From Thalia democratica (taxonomy: Eukaryota), in the NCBI GenBank assembly GCA_965202585.1, contig OZ241830.1:44702001-44766000 (forward strand): DNA of 64,000 nucleotides, in the 5' to 3' direction. The position numbers and the translations under genes are program-made. The notes beneath the pieces are model-generated. The model had not been told where the DNA came from, made no database searches, and saw nothing but the letters and a program-made list of their open reading frames with translations. Positions 11,041 to 22,900 of the stretch are shown piece by piece; within the stretch, counting starts at the first letter, position 1; every line of letters begins with the position of its first letter.

Positions 11041-12194
11041 CTTTAAAAAAACGGTTGTTCATGAAGAATAATACCTTATCTAGTTTTAAATAATGAAGGA
11101 TTTGTAAAGATGACAATTTACTGTTAAAAATTTACAATTTAATGAGCCGCTTACATTGTTGTACTTGTACAATGTTTTAGATCCTAAGTAAAGTATAACA
11201 CTTTTCTTTCAATATTACAGTTCAGTATTTTCAATATGAAGTAATTTAAATAATTTATGAGTCTTTTTTGCTTTAATTTTTTCAACCTTTTATATGTTCG
11301 GTTTTTGTAAGACTACTATTAAACTAGACATTAGAAACATAGATAACTTATTAATTATTTTAATTTCTAAGGAGTCAGATTTTAGGATAAACAAGCTAGA
11401 GTTAAAGCCAATCTAAATTAACTAAGTCATACAAATTTAAAACAACGTATTACAAGATAAAACTTAAAAATCTTTAGTTACTTTATTTTTTTTTAAACTT
11501 TAAAGATATCAAATTCGCTATTTGAAAATACACAATAAGTTTTAACTGTAGTATAAATGGAAAAATCATGTTAAGTGTTCTAACTGGATCAGCATAGACG
11601 AATTTTTTTAATTTAATACTTATGTATTTACCACATTGTATAACATAACTTTTATTGTGGTGTGGTGTATAAAAAAAAATATTTTTTAAGTTCTAAGTTT
11701 AAACAATGCAAGTCAACTTTTTTAAGTAACATCCAACAAACGAGAAAAACAACTTTAAAATACTTTTCTGATATCATAAAATATTTTGATTTATTTTTAC
11801 AAGTATTTTTTTTATAGAAAAAATATTATGTTTAAATATTAAGCGTTATTCTAGTTTAAATAATATTATCAACAAAGAAATTAGTGACTTTTATTTAGGT
11901 TGTTAAACTAATATAAAAAAGTTTATTGCTTTTGTTTTTAATAATTAAAAACAAAATCTTCAATCTTTTAAACAATATTTTTATATTAAATCTCGCCAGT
12001 TTATTTAAAAGGCTGCCGGTCCCTGGAAAAAAGGTATTGCCTTAGTTTGTATTTGTACTATCTATAAAAAGAATGTTTGAAATATGTAATGAACTAGTGT
12101 ACATTGCCTCATTAGTATAAATAAGAATTCCCTAAGTTAATACTAAAACAAAATCTCTGAATGTGTGAAAAACCTGAAACACAACTATCAAATA

Positions 12195-13403
12195 CAGGGT
12201 TGCCACACACTCAGGGAACTCAGGGAATTCAGGGAATCTCAGGGAATTTTCAAACTGTAGAAAATCTCAGGGAAACTCAGGGAATCTCAGGGAAACTCAG
12301 GGAATTTTGGCATTTTTCTTTTAACTCAGGGAAACTCAGGGAAGTTTTGATTTTTTCTCTAAATTTCAGGGAAGTTTTTGAAAATCTCAGGGAAATTTTT
12401 TTCTAGATCTAGAATGAGGTTTAGTTAATCTAGTTTCAATATTTTGTTCGAAAGTAGTAATTTTTTATTATTTAAGTGGTTATTTAGAATTTTTTTAGCC
12501 TTGCAGCTAGTTCTTCAATATTCTTAGTATTAACATTGTAGTTTTTTTAAGTTTTAAATTTATATTTACTTAAGTAAAATCAAACAGTTTAGAGAAATGA
12601 AAGTTGTTGTTAACTATTCATTGAAAAGTTCTAATAAACTTTTTATTTTTAGTTACTTATGTAGTTTAAAAAACACTATGTTGTACTATTAGTTCTTATT
12701 TTTTAAATAATAAAGTTATTTGTTATTTGTTTACAACTACTTGTTTTCAGTAAAAAAAATTAAAATGAATACAGATTAGTGTTGTATTACTTTTGTTAAA
12801 AAAATAGAGGTTAATTTTTTTTTATAAATAATATTTTCAAAAGTAGTAGCAGTAATGGTAATTAATTTTTTAGTGTGAATGTTTTAATATACTTTACAAC
12901 TTTTTTGCAGATTTAATTTAAAAGCTTTTATAAGTATTATGAGTAAAGTACAGTTTAAAACCTTGTTTAAAAAATGTTGGCTTAACCATGAAGACTTCAA
13001 AGATTGGTTACTTGGGGATGTAGACAAAGAGAAGTTTAAATGTAAGTGGTGTGGTGATGATACACCAATGGCCTTATCCAACATGGGTATAAGGGCATTG
13101 AAATCGCACAGTATGTCAAAAAAACATATTAAATTGAAAGCCTCTAAGAGTAAAAATAATGCAATTACTTCTTATTTTGGTGGTTTTTTTCATAAACTTA
13201 ATGCAGAAGCATACACATACAACCTTCCTTTTATTATTAAAGAAAAAAAATGAGAATGAGGTATTAATAATTTGTGTTAGAAGAGAAAATTTTTTTTTTA
13301 AGATCTGAAAAATACTCAGGGAAACTCAGGGAAATTTAAGGTTACTCAGGGAAATTTTTGGTCACTCAGGGAAGATTTTTTGGCTCAAAGAGTGGCAACC
13401 CTG
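12195..13403 (+). mobile_element. Non-autonomous DNA transposon, CAGGGTTGCCAC TIRs, 6-bp TSD CAAATA, carrying a zinc-finger ORF remnant
   Basis: Ends are CAGGGTTGCCAC and GTGGCAACCCTG, with caaata on both sides. Arrays of CTCAGGGAA subterminal repeats sit at both ends. Confidence 0.9.
12939..13253 (+). pseudogene. Transposase N-terminal zinc-finger (BED-like) remnant inside the 12195-13403 element
   Basis: FKKCWL...FKDWL...KCKWC...LSNMGIRALKSHSMSKKH gives a CxxC/HxxxxxH pattern typical of transposase N-termini. No catalytic domain follows. Confidence 0.7.
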
Positions 13404-14967
13404 CAAATAGTTTACCTTTTAAAGATACAATACATAATTATCCAAGGCAGTGAAATCAAGGAGTCAAATATTGGCTTTGACTTGATTTCTGTTTATTTAA
13501 ACTACGTATTGAATAAAATTTTTGGGTTATAAGTAGAACTAATGTTCTCCATTGATTGGGGTTTGAAAATTATTAATGAACTTGGTCCTGGACAAAACGT
13601 TTAAAGGTATCACTCTATAACAGATTTTCCCAAACTTTTTAAAAATTGCCCCCTTTAAAAAATAAAAAAAGCTATGGCATCCCCCAACAAGACTACTCAA
13701 AAAACTACCGTTAAAAGCACTTTTTATTTATGTCCTGGCAATGAAATAGTGATTGTTATAAATTATTGTAATAAATTTTGTTAAATGCTTAGTTGCTTTA
13801 CTTGTTTTAATTTTGTTATTGTGTTAGATTTAAGATAATTCATTTTATTTATATTTTTTATTAGAAATTAGAGGTAAAAGTTTTTTAAATAGTACAATAT
13901 TCAATTCTTACGTCATATTGTTTTTGTTTTTTTGTAAACTTTTACATCTTTGTTTACTAAAGTGCTTTTTATTTTAAATTTGAACTGGCTGAAGATTAGA
14001 GACAATCTTTTTTGTCTTTATGAAACATATGTTCCAGCATTTTTAAAATCATCATTTCAATAAGTTATTTAAAAGCCCTTCAAGTGGGCTCATTAGAAGG
14101 TGTTCAAGTTTGAATATTAACCTTATTTTATATATATTTTATTTTTTTCAATACAAATAGTATCTTTTTTTCCTACTTACAGTATTTCTTTACTCTAGTT
14201 ATTTTTTTATTTATTTTTATTTTATAGAATTAAATACTTAAAATTAGATATTGGTTTTTTGAGTTTACAACAGCTGATTGTGAGTTCACACTGGTGGCAG
14301 TGATCACATGATTGGATTGTTGGTGTTTTTATTGTTGTAGCATCGGCAAATACTTCTTTGGGGATTTGAGCTTCATGATTTTCCCACACTTTGTGGTTTT
14401 TAGTGTTGAGATTTTAACCTTGTGAGTGTTTGCCAAATGACGTGTCACCAGAGGTTTTTTCAATAAAGGGTTAGGATAAGTTTTTATTTCAGTTAGCTAA
14501 ATTTTTTGTTTTTATTACATAGACATTTTTAGTTTTGTTTTTAGTTAAAAGGTATTTTTTTTTTCTTAGTAAATTTAAAGATAGGGCAGGTGGAATAACA
14601 TGTGATAAGCACAAACTCACTTGCTTGACCTTCAGAAAACGTTTATCATTGCAGAGAGGAGAGTGAGTATTTTCTGATGTTTTTCTACCTTAAAAAAAAA
14701 ACCTAGACCTTTTTTTTTGATATTAGTAATTTAGTTTTTAAACTTGTAATGTGTTCAGTCCAATTTAGGTTACATCTATTGTAATATCTTAGTACTTGTA
14801 ACTATTTACCTTTTTTATAAATGAGTTATCTATCTTAATATCTAAATTTATGTTTTTCCAATTGTCTGTTTTAATTGAATGAAATAACATGCATCTTATT
14901 TTATCAGCATTTAGTTTTAGCTTATTATCCTTTAACCATTTATTTAAGATAAATTATCTAATTCCAA

Positions 14968-15330
14968 TCTGTTTGGGCTAAAACTTATAGACTAAGATTA
15001 TGAAAAATTGAGCATCTAAAGTTCCACTTGAGTAATTACACTACTAAATTAGGCTAATAATTTGCAAATTATATCTTGGTACAGGCATGTGACACAATTG
15101 TATACTTTCAAATTAAGTAAAACACATATCCATGTGTTCCTTAGGCTTTGAATTTAGTCAATGATTTGTTTAATTTTGATATAATCACTTTTAATATACT
15201 ATTTTAAGACCTCAAAGTTGAACAAACTTTTTTTCATATTTTTTATTTTTTAAAGTACACACATGTGACAATTGCATACTTTTCCATATTAAACTTTATT
15301 TAAACTAAAACAAATACATATCAATACGTT
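14968..15330 (+). repeat. Second copy of the 6351-7035 repeat family (head plus about 1.5 units)
   Basis: TCTGTTTGGGCTAAAACTTATAGACTAAGATTATGAAAAATTGAG...GTACACACATGTGACAATTGCATAC aligns with 6351-6700. Confidence 0.75.
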
Positions 15331-15352
15331 TTTATGGTCAATATTGGCAGTA

Positions 15353-16076
15353 CAGTGCTTAACACTTTTCCGGACTTCACTTATCCAGGCGCTTACTCAT
15401 CCAGACAGTTTTGGTAAGAAGAAAATTCAAAAAAAAATATTCAAAAAATTTGGAACTTTTTAAATTCCATTAGTTTTCTGCTAAAAAACGTGGAAAAATT
15501 ATAAAACAAACGTCTATTATTTCTAATTTTGTTAAAACTTCCAATAAAACTAGTTTGTTAAGAGTGATATGTTTCCTTTAAATTGACTTTAAACGTCAAA
15601 GTTTCCCGTTTTCTTTATGTCTGTTTTTTAGTTAAAAAAAGTCTTTTATTTCAATTAAAGAGAATGGTTTACATTATTTTTTGTTTTTAAAGATAAATTT
15701 AATTTATATTTTCTCTTAAACATAAATTGATTTTTTTTTCAAATTAAAATATAGGCAGGAGGAATTGCAAATGATGAATTTTACTTGCTTGACCCATAAA
15801 AAATGTATATAGTTGCCAGAGGGTTAGTAAGTCTGATGTTTTTCTACCATAGAAAAATAAATTAATTAACCTTAAGTTTAGCTTTTATAATTTATCATTT
15901 TATTATATATTACTTACAATTACTATGTATTTGTTTTTACCATAACATTTATTATGCATTGCATAATATGCAGCAGTTATATTATTATATGAAAAAAAAA
16001 TATTTTTGTAGTTATCCGAATTTTTAGTTATCCAGACGCGTCGGGCAAGATTTATCTGTAAACCGTGTTATCATTG
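15353..16076. mobile_element. Tc1/mariner-pogo (Tigger-like) MITE with TA target duplication
   Basis: ta|CAGTGCTTAACAC ... GTGTTATCATTG|ta, with subterminal TTATCCG/TTATCCAG repeats at both ends. Confidence 0.7.
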
Positions 16077-16905
16077 TAAATAATTGATAAGTGAATAAAC
16101 ATTGTAATAGGTTAAAAAAGGGTGCTTACCATTTTTAAACTAAAAAAATTAGAAAAAACATCTTCTTTTTAATGAATATACCATTACTTTTTGAGTTTTT
16201 TGTTTTATTTATATATATTTTTTTCATTATTGTTTTATAGTTAGCTCAAAGTATTAGTTACAAGTAAATGGTGCACAGCTGATGACCAAAAGGTCTTTCT
16301 CCACACCAATCCATTAAGCTTAGTTGTGAGTGTTCACATTTTTCTTTCTTTCTCTTCATCAAGAACTCCAGAATATCTAGTGTAAGTTTCAAATTAACTT
16401 TGCTTAAGGTAACTTTGTAAAATTTGTTTGTTCAGGTGTTCAGTACTGATTGGAATCAACTAACAAAACGTTTGGTTAATGAAAAAACGTTGCATCATCA
16501 GAATAATAATTAAAACCTCTGTCTACAATGGACATGTATTGATTCCTTCTTTAGGTTTTGCCTCTTACAAATATTTATGTTTACAGTTATTTTACTTTTT
16601 CCTTTTCTACAAGAACAACTAAAAATAAATAAATGATGAATAATCAGGAAATTACTATAAAATAATTACAAATAAGCTGTGTAGTATAACCATATTTCTT
16701 TAAAAGCACAATTTAACACTAAGAATAGTTTAATCCTGTAAATACCTATTCTGTGTACTTTAGTTCTGAACATTAAAAACAGATTCTAGCTTTTAATTAC
16801 TGTGTGAGTATATATTCTTATCTCTACTTGTTATTATAAAGTTTTCAACTAACAAAAAATTTTTGTATAATCTGCAGGATAAGTAATTTAAAAATATTAA
16901 AAAGC

Positions 16906-19900
16906 ATGGCAACCTACAATCAAAGATCAGCTTCTTCAAGCAACAACAAAGATGATAAGTTGAAAGATCCATCTGCTGGTGCTCTTTTTAGTGTTAATTA
17001 TAGAAAGTTAGTTGGTTAATTTGTTTGACATAAAATGACTAAGCTAACCAATAAAAATTCATTATTTTTAAAACAGTACTTTTTTTAATAATTTATTTAA
17101 CATAATCATATTTTGGTAATTTATTGAAATTATTACATCAAAACTTTAAAATTTTACTAGTTAGTTAAAAGTAAAAACTAGTAATACATTTATTTAATAA
17201 AATATTTTTTTGTTTCATTGGTTTGTAAAAGACTCAAATATATTTTTTCAAACATGTTATATAGTTTTTTTTTAAATAGTAGTACAAAATTCTGTAGGTC
17301 AAAAAAAAATTTATTCTTATCTCACTGACAAAGAGCCAGAATGTCTAATCTATATTTTACAATGGGAATATTTTTTGTATAAAACTAATAGTTATAAATA
17401 AAAAAAGGTATATAGCTTACCAAAAATACTAATTATTTCCTTTTTCAATCTAAGTTATACATTTTGTTTTAAAACAAAAGTTATCAGACTTAAAGTAGGA
17501 GATTTTTAAAATTTTATGCTTGATGTTTTTAAAGTTTGAAATAATTTTTGATAAATTTAATATTTTTAATAATAATTAACATTTTTATTAATTTTAAATA
17601 AATTTTAATATTTTATTTAGCTTGAAGAGGTCACAATTTTTTTGCCACAAAAACCGGTCGTGAATAAAATATTTACTTTGCACACCTCTATTTAATTTAG
17701 AAATAAAATTATTTCAAACCTCAAAATGGAGAAAGTCAAACAAATACTGTAATATTTTTTTAAAGTAACTTATAAATTATTTGTAGATAACAAATATAAA
17801 GTTTTGATAATGGAATAGAATTTTTTCTACCGAGACTAAAAAATTAAGCTTGAAAAAAAGAGGACACGGACTAACAAAAAAAGTTTAAATAATATTTCGA
17901 AGATTATTTTTTAATATTTTATAACATTATTAAAAAGTAATAAGTCTATGGTTTGTAAAGATATGACATAAATATCCCTTAATCGTTCAGAATTTACCCT
18001 GACCTTTCAAGGTTTTATGGGTTAAGAACGAAAACAGCAAAGATAAAAATAAAATTCAGAAAAAACTCAGTTTGACAACTGATTAAACTACTAATTAAAC
18101 AATCTAGATGCTTTTTTAAAACTATGAGAAAATAAATAAAATACTCACAAATAGTTTTTTCATTGATGGTTGATTTTCTATTTTTAAAGACATCAAAAAC
18201 TTTTTATATGCAAAAACAGTTCAAATTGCCTAACGCCAACTGGCATAGTTTCTGATGTCAGTAGAGTTTTTAATTTTGGTCTTAAACTTTAAATGCATTA
18301 GAATTTTGTCTTTATGCTAAAGATTTTTAAATAATTTTTTTTCCTTATTTCTAGTTTCTTTCCTACTGTGTAACTAACTACTTTATAATAATGCAAACTA
18401 AAATTTTCAAACAGTTTCACAGCTTGAGGCAAGCTTAAAAAAGGTATTTATTAGTGATTTACCAAGTCCAAAAATTTTGGATTTGGCCAAATCCAAATAT
18501 GAATCTCAATTTTGAAATTTGGATTCGACCAAGTCCGAGTCCAAATATTTTAATGATTTTTTATAAACTTTAATTGCTTTTGAATCCTTAATGTCCCAGA
18601 GTTTTAAAGACTTATAATCATCAAGGCTAGTTTGCTTGATAACTTCAAGCTTTCTTTTTTTCGGAGGTTCAAGTGCAATACAACTTCTATCTTTGTACAA
18701 AGATTCACTTTGAGACTTTTTGTAATTCTTGCTGAGTTGAGTTTTCAAATACTTGTGCATGGAAGAGGTAGTATAGGACTTAGACTTACTACTTCCTCTT
18801 TTTATCTTAGCTCCGCAGATATTGCATACTGCAACGGAGTTATATTTCTAACTTATAGTGAAATATTGCCAAACTATTGAAGACATTATTGATACTGTAA
18901 AACAAAAATAACTATAGAACAATAATATTATAGAATTATAAAATTAACATCCACTAAATCTTAATTCTAAATAGTAATTTAATTTCTATATTGTGTAAAC
19001 TATACTTTGATAAAGCTGTTAATATAGCTCGTTATAGTTTTGTTTTTAAATTATGCTTTTATTTAAATAAAACATTTTATGGATACAAAAAAACTGTATT
19101 TTAAACTACTAGGCAAAACATAATACTACAAAATACAAAACAATATAGCATCAAATAGCTATTAAGCTTATGCTATTAAAAAGCTCAAGCTTTATTTATT
19201 GTGATCTAGTGAGTCAAACGTATTTCATGAAATTAACAATTTAATTACATTGTATTTTAGCATTTGTATGTATTTACATTCCTAACAGAATAAAAATAGA
19301 AAATTATATAAGCATAATAATATAGAGCTAAAAATTTGCAAAATCTGCTTCAATATAATTTATTTTTTACTTATTTTAACGATTAAATTTATTCATTTTC
19401 TTGGCATAAATGTTTGACATTAAGTAAAAAACTTTAAATATAAATAAAACATTTCTAAAATCTACACTAACTGAATCTCCAAAATGAAAAAATTAACAAA
19501 ATAAGCTTAATAAAATTGTGAGAATATATAAAAAATATTTTAATCATAAACATACTACCAAAAAAAAATACATTATTCACGGTTGTCACTCTTTAAGTCA
19601 AAAAATCTGCCCTGAGTGACTATAAACTGTCCTGAGTCACCTCGAGATTTTTCAAATCCTTAGAAAAAAATTAACATCTTTTCAACATCAATAAAAATCA
19701 AGTTTTTAACAAAATTGGCCATAAAACAAAGTATTTAAACTAATTCAACTTAATCTCATTCAATATATATGAATACTAGCCTAAAATTTTGAAAGTCTTA
19801 AAACTACTCTGATTTATTTATTAAAAATTAAAACTACCTTGAGTTTCCCAGAAACTCCAAAAGATTTTCTAAATTTTTAGAAAACCCTATGTTTCCTTGA

Positions 19901-22900
19901 GTACCCTAAGTGTTTGACAACCCTTGATTGCTATAATTAATTAAAGATAACAATTAATTTATTTAAAAATAAATGGTTTACGTAAACTATACTTCTGCAC
20001 TAAAAACAGTATAAAATTAGCCGAATAATTTTTTTAAAGCTGTTGTCTTCAAAGATATATAACAAATAAAGGTCTCAACTTATTGCTAAAGACAGGGTTG
20101 CTAAACGTTTATGCAAATTTTCTCAAGGTTTTAAAAAATTCCTCCAAGTTTTCGAAAGTACACAATTTTAGGTCTATTTTTAGTTTAAAACTAATTTTGA
20201 GGTTAAAAACTCTGTTAAATTGTATGCAAACATTCAAAAAATACTGTAAAGCTCCTTTAAAACTGTTTTTTTATAAATAAATTGTGATGATGCTAAAAAT
20301 AAATATCTATATGATAGATTTCATTGTGTTAAGTCAAAATTTTACTACTTAATATCTAAAAATTGTTAAAATTTCAGGTTTTTTAGATATTTTTGTTTAA
20401 AATATCACGTTTCTTTTAATTTCACAAATTTAAGATTTTTCTAAGTTTTTTAGTCTAAATTTTCAAATTTTAGGGTTTCAGGTTTTTTGGCAACCCTGTA
20501 AAGAAAATGATATAACGTTATTTATTTTAAGACTTTGTTTTCATAACAATCTTCTACTCCAAAGAAAAGAACATCAAAAAAAAAATTAAAAGTTTGTGAG
20601 CTATGGATGTTGGTGGGCCAACATCCAAAGTTTCAGTTTGGTCTGGTTGACTGTCTGTGAGAAAATTGTCAACCTGACATTTTTGCTCATATTTTTCCTG
20701 CAGACGGGGTGACTTCCTAGTACGTTTATGCTTAGGACCCTCTGCCGGCAGTTTGGTATTTGTATTATTTAAATTAGACATATTAAAAATATAATGCTTT
20801 TATATTAACTTATTATACTGTATCAGTGAATTTTATTACTATACTAAAGACTATTCTAGACTACTTTAAATAAATTAGGCGATATAGTATGGGTGAAGTA
20901 TATATTATACAAAAGAACCACGCAACAATCTTACAAAACTTCTTACTCGAAAAATATATGCTGCTTTCAAAGCTTTTATAAATGACTCGGCAAATGTTTT
21001 ACGATGAAATGTTGCACCATTGATTTTAAGCCTTATTTCTCATAACTGCAGTAAGCTCTAAATATTCTCCTTATAATCAGAGTTCAACAATGAATAATGA
21101 AAGTATTTGCAGCAGTTCATTGCAAATTAATTTGGATTTTATTGTTAACGATTTTTTTTACTTTTAGAACATTGTTTAAATAATGCAGCTGTTCATAACA
21201 ACGAGCAAACATAAAAAAATAAACATATGGTGAATAAATAAGAGCGGTTATCTAAAAAGCTGAGATTAAACGCCTTAACTTTTTACTTAGTTTTATTTGA
21301 CAGTCTAACAAAAATAATATATCATAGTTTTTATACTGTGTGCAAAACTCTAAATCAAAATTGATGATGCTTTTATAAGTAAGAAAGCCCATCTTTTTAT
21401 CTACTCAAACATGAAATCATTAACTAGTTTTACACTTCATTTAAATGTTAACAAACAATTAAGTAAAATTCAAAAAGTTTAAAGTGGTCTACCGAGTCCG
21501 AAACTTTGGATTCGGCCGAGTCCAAATCCGAATCTTATTTTGAAATTACGACTCGGCCGTATCAGAGTATTATTTTAAATTTAGGATTCTGCTGAATCCG
21601 AGTCTTGTTTTGAAATTCGGATTCGGCCAAATCCGAGTCCGAATCTTGGATTCTGTAGATCACTAGTATTTATTAAATAATAATAAACATTTTGTATTCA
21701 TTTTTACATATCTAAAATCCTTTTTTTTTTGAAAGAAATCTAACATATTAAAGCTGGATTAATTTTCTAGTACTTAATCTCTGTTTTGTCTTTTTATGTC
21801 TTGTTTTAAAATATTATGAAATATATATAAACAACTTAAATAAAAGCAATAGCAACTAGCTTTTAAAGTTCAATCATAACTGTATTCTAATGTTGCTCAA
21901 GAGTAAACAAAAGATATATTATAAATTTGCTTTATCTTAAATGCTGTTTTGATGTTTTGAATACAATTTTTCAGACATGAAGATCTAAAAAATATGCTTG
22001 ATCAAAATAAAGATTCTTTAAAGTTAGAAGCAATGAAGCGTATAATTGGTGTAAGTTTTTTGTCTTATTTTCAATACAGTTAGTTTCTAATAAAATGTTA
22101 TCAATAAGTTACTTTTCTTTTTATTCGTATATATTTTACACTTGAGTAAACCTGGTTTTAAAATTAAATATTAAAGTTTATTGTTATACAAAATAGTTAA
22201 TACTACAAGTACTAAAATACAATTAGTTTATAGGTTTAAAGTTAACAATTTTTAACAAAATGTTTATCTAATAACAAATTTTAAAGCAGTGTTTTTACAA
22301 TTAGTTTTAAATTAAAAAAATTGTTATAGGTGTAAAATTTTTGTGTATGTCTTTATATGTAAATTTGTTTTTAAACAGATGATAGCAAGAGGCAAGAACG
22401 CTTCAATGTTGTTTCCTGCAGTTGTGAAAAATGTTGCTTGTAAAAACATTGAGGTAAAGAAACTGGTGTATGTCTATCTTGAAAGGTATGCTGAAGAGCA
22501 ACAAGATCTTGCTTTGCTTTCTATATCCACTTTTCAAAGAGGTCTAAAAGTAAGTTATGTGTATATGAATTTTTTTAATTGTTTAATTTCAAAACTTTAA
22601 ATGGCTAACTTATTTATTATTATGAAAAAAACTGCAGTTTTTGTTGAAGCACTGTTTTAAATATATTTCATACTTGGAGGGAGTAAATTACTTTTTTTTA
22701 AACTTGATCTTAATTTGTATCAGTTTAATTGAGCTATAAGTTACTTTTCATAGCTTTATAATATTCGAAATAATTTTTAAATATAAGTAGTTAAAGTCTG
22801 ATAGTATAAAAGATTCCTTATGAGAGGAGTAACCTAATATGGATAATAAATAATAATTACTAATAACATACTTCCTTCTACTATTTTGAATCAGTTAACT

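Larger units (their letters stand above)
18452..21665 (-). mobile_element. 3.2-kb hAT transposon deletion derivative in AP3B intron 1, with a perfect 8-bp TSD
   Basis: Ends are TAGTGATTTACC and GTAGATCACTA, with gtatttat on both sides (18444-18451, 21666-21673). GGATTCGGCCGAGTCC-like subterminal repeats are present. Confidence 0.9.

Noticed and set aside
12161-12406. 81-aa ORF (TQGISGKLRE repeats)
   Set aside because: It is a translation of the CTCAGGGAA subterminal repeats of the transposon.
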